From Bacteroidota bacterium (GTDB taxonomy: Bacteria > Bacteroidota > Bacteroidia > Chitinophagales > Chitinophagaceae): DNA of 64,000 nt. Location: assembly GCA_025363385.1 (NCBI GenBank), contig JANYEA010000105.1, positions 25,038-89,037 on the forward strand, read 5' to 3'. Shown piece by piece: positions 1 to 8,528 of this stretch. The position numbers were made by a program, and so were the translations under genes. Position 1 is the first letter of the stretch; each line of letters begins with the position of its first letter. The notes under the pieces were generated by a model. It was given only the letters and a program-made list of their open reading frames with translations. It did not search any database and had not been told where the DNA came from.

Positions 1-925
1 TTCTCTGAGCATTCTTGGTATAAGATCCGGATAATGATAGTGATGGCAAATAGCTCATTTTATATCTTTTAATATTGAGCTCATTCAATTGCTTCACCAG
101 ATCTAAATATTGGAAATCTTTACGATCAGCATAATTAAAAACTGTGTCAGTTATAAAATCTTTTTTGATTTTATCTTCTGTTAATTCCTCAGTTAAAACT
201 AAAGTGTCTTTTGTGGGCATCCCAATTAAGGTCTTCAATGCCTGATATCCAATATCGATACTATTGAGTGCCTTTAATTTTTCTGTTTCCAAATTTGAGA
301 TCTGTACAGATATTTTATCGATATCTAATTTTTCAACAAATCCATTTTGATATAGCACTTTTGTGTCTGATTGCAATTTGTTTAAACGATCAAGGTTAGC
401 ATCAAAAATGCCAATTTGTGTTTTGCTTGCCACCAGTTGGTAGTATATTTTATATACATTGGCCTTGATCATTTCTTCTGTTACTTCTACATTCTTATTT
501 GAATAGGCAATACTGGCTGCACGTGCTTGTAAGCCTACAAAAACCTGTCCATCAAAAAGAAGTTGTTGTAGTTGAAAGCCTGCATTTGCATTATACTTAG
601 TACCAAACTGAACTGGAATATATGTTCCTGCAGGTTGTCCGAATATCTCCCCAGGTAATAATGAAGTAGGGATTTTTAAATAATCGTTAGCACTAACAGT
701 AGCAGAAAAAGTTGGTAATGCTGCAGCTGTTACATCACGATTTATCTCTTGTTGAATTTTTACATTTAGAAGTGCATTTTTAACCTGTACATTGTTTTTA
801 TGTGCAAAGTCTACACACTCCTTTACAGAAAATGCGTGCTTAACACCTGTCTGGGCTATTGTTGCGTTAGCTGCTAATAAAAAGCAGACTATCCACATAA
901 AAGCTTTCATTGGTTTTTGGTTCAT
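1..925 (-). CDS. TolC-family outer-membrane efflux protein, N-terminal part (gene runs off the left edge)
   Basis: Absent from the ORF track because it is truncated. My translation of the minus strand from ATG 925 (alternative ATG 910) reads MNQKPMKAFMWIVCFLLAANATIAQTGVKHAFSVKECVDFAHKNNVQVKNALLNVKIQQEINRDVTAAALPTFSATVSANDYLKIPTSLLPGEIFGQPAGTYIPVQFGTKYNA. The frame is still open at nt 1 (...MSYLPSLSLSGSYTKNAQR). It shows a signal peptide and a typical TolC/OprM-type N-terminus. It starts 3 nt after the TetR stop codon. Confidence 0.8.
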   Translation of the reverse strand, partial: MNQKPMKAFMWIVCFLLAANATIAQTGVKHAFSVKECVDFAHKNNVQVKNALLNVKIQQEINRDVTAAALPTFSATVSANDYLKIPTSLLPGEIFGQPAGTYIPVQFGTKYNANAGFQLQQLLFDGQVFVGLQARAASIAYSNKNVEVTEEMIKANVYKIYYQLVASKTQIGIFDANLDRLNKLQSDTKVLYQNGFVEKLDIDKISVQISNLETEKLKALNSIDIGYQALKTLIGMPTKDTLVLTEELTEDKIKKDFITDTVFNYADRKDFQYLDLVKQLNELNIKRYKMSYLPSLSLSGSYTKNAQR

Positions 926-928
926 AAG

Positions 929-1543
929 TTATTGTTTTTGTCTTTCTTGCTTGTATTGATCAATTTTTTGAATTCCTTCTTTTGTGGCAATTCCATATAA
1001 AAAAATTTCTAATATTTCCTGATTCACTTTTGTAAAATCATATTTTGAAACAGGGAATATTTCTGAATTTGTGGCGATAAAGAATGTTTCAAGATGAAAT
1101 TTTGTGAGTATATCGATATTGATCTCTGATCGATACAAACCTTCTTTGATACCCAATTCTAAATTGTCTTTGATGATATTATAGAAGAAATCATTTTTAT
1201 GCTGGTTTATTTTTTTAAAACACTTTGGATGGTATTTCTGAATATCGTGAATGATGGTTGGATTTAATTGCTTGAACATTTCTTTCATAGTATCCATCGA
1301 TAAGAAAAATTCATGAATGCTATTTTGCTTGTTTTTCTTATTGTTTTCGCAGCCTTCATAATTCCTTTTCAATTCAATGTCTATCACACCCTCTACCAAG
1401 GCATCTTTATCCTCATAGTACTGATAAATGGTTTTTTTACTGATTGTTAGGTGATACGCAATATCATCCATGCTCACACTTCGAATGCCGTATCGCATGA
1501 ATAAATCGTATGTCTGATTAATAATTCTGTCTTTTGTTTCCAT
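929..1543 (-). CDS. TetR/AcrR-family transcriptional regulator
   Basis: 204 aa. The N-terminal HTH (RIINQTYDLFMRYGIRSVSMDDIAYHLTISKKTIYQYYEDKDALV) is typical of TetR_N. The gene lies immediately upstream of the efflux OMP gene. Confidence 0.9.
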   Translation of the reverse strand: METKDRIINQTYDLFMRYGIRSVSMDDIAYHLTISKKTIYQYYEDKDALVEGVIDIELKRNYEGCENNKKNKQNSIHEFFLSMDTMKEMFKQLNPTIIHDIQKYHPKCFKKINQHKNDFFYNIIKDNLELGIKEGLYRSEINIDILTKFHLETFFIATNSEIFPVSKYDFTKVNQEILEIFLYGIATKEGIQKIDQYKQERQKQ

Positions 1544-1567
1544 ATGTTAAAATAGAGGCGCAAAACT

Positions 1568-1599
1568 ATGGAAACTTTTAGCTTAAAAATAGTTTCCAT
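1568..1599. promoter_or_regulatory. Perfect 9-bp inverted repeat, candidate TetR operator
   Basis: ATGGAAACT (1568-1576) and AGTTTCCAT (1591-1599) are separated by 14 nt. The repeat starts 25 nt upstream of the TetR start codon, and the flanks are partly symmetric too. Confidence 0.45.
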
Positions 1600-1745
1600 G
1601 GTTTTTAATATTAATTTTTTGTTAAACGGCTTAAAAAAGGGATAAAACTGCAAAAAAAGGGAGCACTTGTTAGATTAGACGATTGAAAACCGTTGATATT
1701 TTATAGAATCCCTGATTCTTCTTTAATTTACAATCAAATCAGACA

Positions 1746-2390
1746 ATGAGAAAACTAGCAAGACCTGGATTTAAAGAAACATTGGGGAAATTATTACAGT
1801 TATTTCTCCAGGGTCTGATTGTTTTGGCCCCTATTGGCATTACCATTTGGGTGGTTTTTGGACTTTTTAATTGGGTTGATAGCTTTCTTCCCAATCTTAT
1901 CAACAGCTTTTCACCCGATCTCTTACAAAAAGATGCCTCAGGTAACTTAAGAAGACTTCCAGGTTTGGGCTTCTTGGTGGTAGTAACACTTGTATTATTT
2001 GTGGGATGGCTTTCTTCATTGTTTGTTGTAGGAAGATTAGTGGCTGTTTTCGATACTGTTCTAGAAAGAACACCCGGTATTAAATTCATTTATTCATCAG
2101 TGAAAGATTTCTTGGAAGCTTTTGCTGGTAATAAAAAAAAATTCGATCATCCTGTTCTGGTTAATGTAGATGGAGCAGACGTATGGAGAATAGGATTTAT
2201 TACACAGGATAGTAGCAAACATCTTGGATTGGAAACACATATCACCGTGTATGTTCCGCACTCTTACGCAATTTCGGGTATTACATATATGGTACCAAAA
2301 GAAAAAGTGCGTTCACTTCCGCCAAATATTCATGCAGCAGATGCAATGAAATTTACTGTTTCTGGTGGCGTTTCAGATGTGCCAGAATAA
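1746..2390 (+). CDS. DUF502-family membrane protein
   Basis: 214 aa with two N-terminal TM helices (LLQLFLQGLIVLAPIGITIWVVFGLF, LPGLGFLVVVTLVLFVGWL). The overall pattern resembles DUF502 as I recall it. Confidence 0.6.
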   Translation: MRKLARPGFKETLGKLLQLFLQGLIVLAPIGITIWVVFGLFNWVDSFLPNLINSFSPDLLQKDASGNLRRLPGLGFLVVVTLVLFVGWLSSLFVVGRLVAVFDTVLERTPGIKFIYSSVKDFLEAFAGNKKKFDHPVLVNVDGADVWRIGFITQDSSKHLGLETHITVYVPHSYAISGITYMVPKEKVRSLPPNIHAADAMKFTVSGGVSDVPE

Positions 2391-2523
2391 AACAACAAAC
2401 GATTGTGAGTTTTTTATTTGAAGTGTTTTTCTATTTCGCTTACTAAACAAAATCGGCATTTAACAAAACGGAGTCTATTCTTTTGCGCTAAATTCAATTA
2501 CTTTGCGGTTTCAAGCAACCGTA

Positions 2524-3594
2524 ATGAAACTGCATAATTTTAATTCAGGTCCTTCTATCCTGCCTCTACCAGTTTTAGAGCAAGCCTCGAATGCTATTCA
2601 TAATTTTAATAATACTGGTCTATCCATTTTAGAAATTGGCCACCGCACTTCGCATTTTCAAGAAGTATTAAACAGTGCTATTAGCTCGGTTAAAAAATTG
2701 ATGCAATTAGATGATCAGTACGAAGTACTTTTCTTACATGGAGGCGCTACCACTCAGTTTATGCAAATTCCCATGAACCTTTTAGATGATGGTAAAACTG
2801 CTGCATATTGCGATAATGGAATCTGGGGAACTAAGGCCATCAAAGAAGCATCTTTATTCGGGAATGTGGTGGTTGCTGCATCATCTGCCGATAAAAATTA
2901 TACTTATATTCCGAAGGATTTACAATACCCAGATAATGCTAGCTATTTGCACATCACTACAAATAATACAGTAGAAGGAACGCAATGGCATCAATATCCT
3001 TCTACCAATATTCCACTTGTTGGAGATATGAGCAGTGATATATTTAGCAGACAGATTGATTTTAAAAAGTTTTCGGTTATCTACGCAGGTGCTCAAAAAA
3101 ATATGGGCGCTGCTGGGGTAAATATGTTGGTGATTAAGAAAGATATTTTAGGCAAAATTCATAGACGTATTCCTACCATCATGAATTACCAAAAACATAT
3201 TGAAGCAGGTTCTTTAATGAATACCCCGCCTGTGTTTGCTGTTTATGTAAGCATGCTTACTCTTAAATGGATTGAAGAAGAAGGTGGTTTAATGGAAATG
3301 GGGAAGAGAAGTGTTAAACGTGCACAGTTATTATATAATACACTTGATAGTCTCCCTTTATTTAAATCAAATATTGCTAAAGAAGATCGTAGTGAAATGA
3401 ATGCGGTATTCTTTATAGAAGATGAAAATTTACAAAACACTTTCCTTGAAGAATGCAAACAAGCAGGATTCATAGGCGTTAAAGGTTATAGAACAGTTGG
3501 TGGTGTTAGAGTAAGTATGTACAATGCGCTTCCATTGAGTAGTGTAGAAGCAATGACAGATTTAATGAAATCATTCGCTACAAAAAAAGGTTAG
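2524..3594 (+). CDS. serC: Phosphoserine aminotransferase
   Basis: The N-terminus MKLHNFNSGPSILPLPVLEQA and the pattern HRTSHFQEVL...GGATTQF...YAGAQKNMG are typical of SerC. I chose the ATG at 2524 rather than the upstream TTG of the ORF track. Confidence 0.9.
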   Translation: MKLHNFNSGPSILPLPVLEQASNAIHNFNNTGLSILEIGHRTSHFQEVLNSAISSVKKLMQLDDQYEVLFLHGGATTQFMQIPMNLLDDGKTAAYCDNGIWGTKAIKEASLFGNVVVAASSADKNYTYIPKDLQYPDNASYLHITTNNTVEGTQWHQYPSTNIPLVGDMSSDIFSRQIDFKKFSVIYAGAQKNMGAAGVNMLVIKKDILGKIHRRIPTIMNYQKHIEAGSLMNTPPVFAVYVSMLTLKWIEEEGGLMEMGKRSVKRAQLLYNTLDSLPLFKSNIAKEDRSEMNAVFFIEDENLQNTFLEECKQAGFIGVKGYRTVGGVRVSMYNALPLSSVEAMTDLMKSFATKKG

Positions 3595-3624
3595 TTTAAT
3601 TTAAGCATCAAGTAAGTATCGATT

Positions 3625-4860
3625 ATGGCACATATAAAACCATTTAAAGCATTAAGACCACAAGCACAATTAGCAAAATCAGTTGCCAGTAGACCCTATG
3701 ATGTATTAAGTAGCGCGGAAGCAAAAATCGAAGCTCAGGGAAACCCTGCAAGCTTCTTGCACATCACAAAAAGTGAAATTGATCTTCCAGATTCTGTAGA
3801 CGTACATGCACAGGAAGTTTACAATCAAGCAAAATCAAATTTACAGGCTTCTATTCAACGTGATACTTTGTTTCGCGAATCAAAGGAATGCTACTATATC
3901 TATCAGTTAATAATGAATGGGAGAAGTCAGACCGGACTTGTTTGTGTAAGCAGTGTTGATGATTATGAAAATGATATCATAAAAAAACATGAATTTACCA
4001 GGCCAGAAAAAGAATTAGATCGTATTAATCATATCAAAACCTCGGGTGCACAAACGGGTAATGTATTTTTAGCTTATCGCAATCAACCGGAGATCGATGC
4101 CATTATTGAAAAATGGAAAACAACAAAGTCTCCCGGATATGATTTTACGGCTGATGATGGCATACATCATACTATTTGGATCATCAGCGATGGTGGCATA
4201 TGCGATCAGATCAGTTCAATATTTGATAAAGAAGTTCCTTGTACTTATATCGCAGACGGTCACCACAGAGCCGCTTCCGCATCAAAAGTACGTTTATCTT
4301 TGGGTAACGAAGCAACAGAAGGATCGAACTATTTTCTAACTACTTTATTTCCTGCAAATGACCTTCATATCATGGACTATAACCGTGTTGTAAAAGACCT
4401 AAACGGTTTGAGTAACAAAGATTTTTTGAAAGCTTTAGAAAATAATTTTATAGTTAGTTCAGAAGGTAGTAATCCTTTCAAACCTGCTAGCTTACACGAA
4501 ATAGGTTTGTATCTTGATCACAATTGGTATAAACTGGTTGCAAAAGAAGGCAGCTTTATTAATGATCCCATTGGTACATTAGACGTGACCATTTTGCAAG
4601 ACAATGTGCTTTCTGCTTTATTAAATATTAACGACCCAAGAACTGATACCAGAGTAGATTTTGTAGGAGGAATTAGAGGACTATCAGAACTTGAAAAAAA
4701 AGTGGATAGTGGCGAAATGGCTGCAGCATTTAGTATTTATCCTGTTTCGATGAATCAATTATTCGATATTGCCGATAGTGGGAAAGTAATGCCTCCAAAA
4801 AGCACTTGGTTTGAACCTAAACTTAGAGATGGCTTGCTCACTCACCTGATTTACGAATAA
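3625..4860 (+). CDS. DUF1015-family protein
   Basis: 411 aa. The N-terminus MAHIKPFKALRP and the motif ADGHHR match my recollection of DUF1015. Confidence 0.7.
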   Translation: MAHIKPFKALRPQAQLAKSVASRPYDVLSSAEAKIEAQGNPASFLHITKSEIDLPDSVDVHAQEVYNQAKSNLQASIQRDTLFRESKECYYIYQLIMNGRSQTGLVCVSSVDDYENDIIKKHEFTRPEKELDRINHIKTSGAQTGNVFLAYRNQPEIDAIIEKWKTTKSPGYDFTADDGIHHTIWIISDGGICDQISSIFDKEVPCTYIADGHHRAASASKVRLSLGNEATEGSNYFLTTLFPANDLHIMDYNRVVKDLNGLSNKDFLKALENNFIVSSEGSNPFKPASLHEIGLYLDHNWYKLVAKEGSFINDPIGTLDVTILQDNVLSALLNINDPRTDTRVDFVGGIRGLSELEKKVDSGEMAAAFSIYPVSMNQLFDIADSGKVMPPKSTWFEPKLRDGLLTHLIYE

Positions 4861-4880
4861 TATATTAACTATATAACACT

Positions 4881-4914
4881 AAAGCCGATCCGATTTTCGA
4901 GATCGGCTTTTTTT
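4881..4914 (+). terminator. Rho-independent terminator after the DUF1015 gene
   Basis: AAAGCCGATC / GATCGGCTTT is a perfect 10-bp stem with a 10-nt loop, followed by TTTT. Confidence 0.85.
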
Positions 4915-5019
4915 ATTTACCCTCTTTTCCCTAATTTGAATAGTAATTAGCTGCTGAATGCCATAAGATTCTATCTAGAATTTTAAATTATTTTCTAGAT
5001 TTACTCCAACGATAGCCAT

Positions 5020-6807
5020 ATGAATAATAAAAGACTTTTTGATTGCCTCGATCACCAGCTTAAGAATTTTCCCAAACAAGATATGCTGGCGGCTAAAGAA
5101 AATGGTCATTGGGTAAGTTATAGCACAGAATCAGTTGTAAATACCGCTAACCAATTCAGTGCAGGACTTTTAGAATTAGGTGTAAGTGGACATGGATTTA
5201 CTCCTGAAGGCAGCGATAAAATTGCCATCCTAAGTAATAATCGTCCAGAATGGGTTTTCACCGATTTAGCTGCTCAACAAATAGGTGCCATTTTAATTCC
5301 GATTTATCCAACCACAAATCCCCTAGAATTAGAATTTATTTTAAATGATACCGCTACAAAATATGTTTTTGTAAGTAGTAAAGACCTTTACGATAAAGTG
5401 AAGGATGTTATGGCAAAGGTTCCATCAGTAACTAATATTTACAGTTTCGATAAATTAGATGGCGTTCCACATTGGTCTGAAATTACCAAACTAGCTTCTG
5501 AAAATTCTATCATAAAAGTGGAAGCGTTAAAAAAAGAAATTCCAGATTCGCATCTTGCAACTATTATTTATACATCAGGTACTACCGGTATTCCAAAAGG
5601 GGTAATGCTGCGTCATAGTAATATTTATAACAATGTACTTTATTCAAAAAAGAGTTTCCCTTTTGAAGATGCACCCGATACAAGAGTACTAAGCTTCTTA
5701 CCATTGAATCATATATTCGAAAAAACTTGTACGTATATTTATCTGTTCAGTGGTATAAGTATCTATTATGCTGAAAGCCTTGAAACCATTGGCGATAATT
5801 TAAAAGAAATCAAGCCGAATGGTTTTACTACTGTACCAAGACTTCTCGAAAAAGTATTCGAGAAAATAATGCTTGCGGGTTCTCATTTAACAGGCTTTAA
5901 ACGAAGTTTGTTTTTTTGGGCTGTTGGATTAGCAGAAAAATATGACAATATAAAACCTGGTGGACTCTGGTATCATATGCAATTAGCCATTGCCAACAAA
6001 CTCATTTTTCAAAGATGGCGTGAGGCCTTAGGTGGTAATATTTCTTTTATCATTACGGGTGGAGCAGCTTGTCAGATTAAACTGTTACGCATTTTTAATG
6101 CTGCAAAAATTCCAGTTTTCGAAGGTTACGGGCCAACCGAAAATAGCCCAGTGATCAGCGTGAACAGAATGGAAAAAGGAGGAACAAAATTTGGTACAGT
6201 AGGACCTCCCATTGAAGGTGTTCAAGTTAGATTAGCTGAAGATGGAGAAATTCAAGTAACTGGTCCGTGTGTAATGGCAGGCTATTATAAAAAGCCTGAT
6301 ATTACTGCAGAAACCATAGTGGATGGTTGGTTATTGACTGGTGATATTGGGGTTTTTGAAGATGGTAAATTCTTAAAAATCATCGACCGTAAAAAAGAAC
6401 TTTTCAAAACAAGCGGTGGAAAATATGTAGCACCTCAGCCCATTGAAAATAAATTGATCGAGAGCCCTTTTATTGAACAAGTAATTGTTGTGGGTTCTGA
6501 AAGGAAATTTGTTGGTGCACTTATTGTTCCTTCTGTAGCAACTTTAAAAGAATGGATGCGCGAAAAAGAAATTGCATTCACAACCATAGAAGACGCTCTG
6601 CATCATCCAAAAGTGTTAGAACTTTATCGTCAGTTAGTAGAAAGCTTTAACACCTTTTTCAATCATGTGGAGCAAATTAAAAAGTTCGAATTACTTCCCA
6701 GAGAGTGGAGCGTGATTTCTGGAGAACTAACCCCTAAATTGAGTTTGAAGCGAAAAGTAATCATGGAAAAATTCAAAGATGCGGTGGAAAGAATCTACGC
6801 AGAATAA
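5020..6807 (+). CDS. Long-chain acyl-CoA synthetase (AMP-forming, FadD-like)
   Basis: 595 aa. It carries the AMP-binding motif IIYTSGTTGIPKGVML, plus GYGPTE and TGDIG...DRKKELFKTSGGKYVAP. Confidence 0.9.
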   Translation: MNNKRLFDCLDHQLKNFPKQDMLAAKENGHWVSYSTESVVNTANQFSAGLLELGVSGHGFTPEGSDKIAILSNNRPEWVFTDLAAQQIGAILIPIYPTTNPLELEFILNDTATKYVFVSSKDLYDKVKDVMAKVPSVTNIYSFDKLDGVPHWSEITKLASENSIIKVEALKKEIPDSHLATIIYTSGTTGIPKGVMLRHSNIYNNVLYSKKSFPFEDAPDTRVLSFLPLNHIFEKTCTYIYLFSGISIYYAESLETIGDNLKEIKPNGFTTVPRLLEKVFEKIMLAGSHLTGFKRSLFFWAVGLAEKYDNIKPGGLWYHMQLAIANKLIFQRWREALGGNISFIITGGAACQIKLLRIFNAAKIPVFEGYGPTENSPVISVNRMEKGGTKFGTVGPPIEGVQVRLAEDGEIQVTGPCVMAGYYKKPDITAETIVDGWLLTGDIGVFEDGKFLKIIDRKKELFKTSGGKYVAPQPIENKLIESPFIEQVIVVGSERKFVGALIVPSVATLKEWMREKEIAFTTIEDALHHPKVLELYRQLVESFNTFFNHVEQIKKFELLPREWSVISGELTPKLSLKRKVIMEKFKDAVERIYAE

Positions 6808-6827
6808 AAAGTTTATTATAATCCAAT

Positions 6828-6859
6828 AAAAAAGGCCCAATAAATTCGGGCCTTTTTTT
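6828..6859 (+). terminator. Rho-independent terminator after the acyl-CoA synthetase gene
   Basis: AAAAAAGGCCC ... GGGCCTTTTTTT. The GC core is flanked by an A-run and a T-run. It overlaps the TTG start used by the ORF track for the next gene. Confidence 0.85.
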
Positions 6860-6890
6860 GTTTTTAATTATATTTAAGCAAATCGAAACT

Positions 6891-8516
6891 ATGCTTAGAA
6901 CAAAACTAAAGACGTATATGCTGTTGTTGATGGGCTCTATGTTTTCCATTATTTCGCATGCGCAACAATCAACTTCCTACAATCCACAAAAAGTAGAAGC
7001 CATTAAAAATGACGTGCTTCAATCGGTTAGTGGAAAAGAAAAAGCTGTACAAGAAATGGTGGACATGGTTTTTAGTTTTGGTGAATTAGGCTTTCAAGAA
7101 ATTGAAACTTCTAAATACCTCACTGATATCTTGGAAAAAAATGGATTTACCATTGAACGCGGCATCTCGGGTATCCCAACAGCTTGGATGGCTAAATGGG
7201 GAAATGGCAGTCCGGTGATTGCACTTGGTAGCGATATCGATTGTATTCCAAAAGCATCACAAAAACCAGGTGTGGCTTACAAAGACCCCATCGTAGAAAG
7301 TGCTCCCGGTCACGGTGAAGGACACAATTCTGGTCAGGCCGTAATCATCTTCGCAGCAATTGCAGCAAAAGAAGCGATGATCAAAAATAAAATTCCAGGC
7401 ACCCTATTAATATGGCCAGGTGTGGCTGAAGAATTATTAGCAAGTAAAGCCTGGTATGTAAGAGATGGTTATTTTAAAAATGTGGATGCTTGTATTTTCA
7501 CGCATGTGAGTGGCAATTTTAGTTCTAACTATGGAGATAATGGTGGAGATGGAATGGTTTCTGTGAAATTTTCATTTGATGGAGATGCGGCACATGCTGC
7601 AGGGGCTCCATGGAGAGGAAAAAGTGCACTCGATGCAGTGGAGCTTATGGATGTGGGTTGGAATTTCAAAAGAGAACACTTAAAACCCACACAACGCTCA
7701 CACTATGTAATAACTGATGGTGGAGATCAACCCAATGTAGTTCCTTCTAAAGCCAGCGTATGGTATTATTTCAGAGAAAGAGAATACAAGGATATTAAGA
7801 GTATGTATGAATCTGCTATCAATATTGCAAAAGGAGCCGCTATGATGACAGACACTAAAATGAAATATCAAATTTTAGGAACAGCATGGCCTGGGCATTT
7901 CAACAAACCTCTGGCCATTGTGATGCACCAAAATATTGAGAAAGTGGGATTGCCAACATGGACAGAAGCCGATAAACAATTGGCTGCCGCGGTGCAAAAA
8001 TTGGTAGATGCTCCAAAAATTGATGAAGAAGGAAATCCGGTAGATGGATTGGCTTCTAAAATTGATACACTCAAGGGATCTGTACCCTTTTCATGGGGTG
8101 GAGGATCAGATGATATTGCAGATATTTCCTGGAATGTACCCACCATTGTTTTATCCTATCCTGCCAATATTCTTGGTACAAAAGGACATCATTGGGGTGA
8201 TGCCATTGCAATGGCAACACCGATTGCACATAAAGGAACTTTAGCTGGTGCAAAAGCCACAGCGCTTACTTTGGTAGACCTGTTTACGAATCCTAAATTA
8301 TTAAGAGACTCAAAAGATTATTTCGTAAATGTTCAAACGAAAGACACAAAATATATTCCTTTCATTAGTGCATCAGATCCTCCGGCTATTTATTTGAACA
8401 AAGAAATCATGAATCAGTTCAGAGAAAAGATGAAACCATTTTATTACGATCCTTCTAAATACAAAAACTATTTAGAACAATTAGGTATCAGCTATCCAAC
8501 ACTTGAAAAGAAATAA
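6891..8516 (+). CDS. Secreted M20-family amidohydrolase/peptidase (AbgB-like), paralog 1
   Basis: The ATG at 6891 gives MLRTKLKTYMLLLMGSMFSIISHAQQ, a signal peptide. Metal-site-like motif PGHGEGHNSGQ. The rest is near-identical to the next gene. Confidence 0.85.
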   Translation: MLRTKLKTYMLLLMGSMFSIISHAQQSTSYNPQKVEAIKNDVLQSVSGKEKAVQEMVDMVFSFGELGFQEIETSKYLTDILEKNGFTIERGISGIPTAWMAKWGNGSPVIALGSDIDCIPKASQKPGVAYKDPIVESAPGHGEGHNSGQAVIIFAAIAAKEAMIKNKIPGTLLIWPGVAEELLASKAWYVRDGYFKNVDACIFTHVSGNFSSNYGDNGGDGMVSVKFSFDGDAAHAAGAPWRGKSALDAVELMDVGWNFKREHLKPTQRSHYVITDGGDQPNVVPSKASVWYYFREREYKDIKSMYESAINIAKGAAMMTDTKMKYQILGTAWPGHFNKPLAIVMHQNIEKVGLPTWTEADKQLAAAVQKLVDAPKIDEEGNPVDGLASKIDTLKGSVPFSWGGGSDDIADISWNVPTIVLSYPANILGTKGHHWGDAIAMATPIAHKGTLAGAKATALTLVDLFTNPKLLRDSKDYFVNVQTKDTKYIPFISASDPPAIYLNKEIMNQFREKMKPFYYDPSKYKNYLEQLGISYPTLEKK

Positions 8517-8528
8517 AAAATATTAAAA

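Noticed and set aside
6858-6890. N-terminal extensions implied by the ORF-track starts. These are 6858 for M20 paralog 1, and similarly 2503, 12191, 13893, 19930, 20585, 25756, 28460, 39666 and 42671.
   Set aside because: The extensions use non-ATG starts, overlap terminators or upstream genes, or precede an obvious signal peptide or conserved N-terminus. Internal ATG starts fit better.
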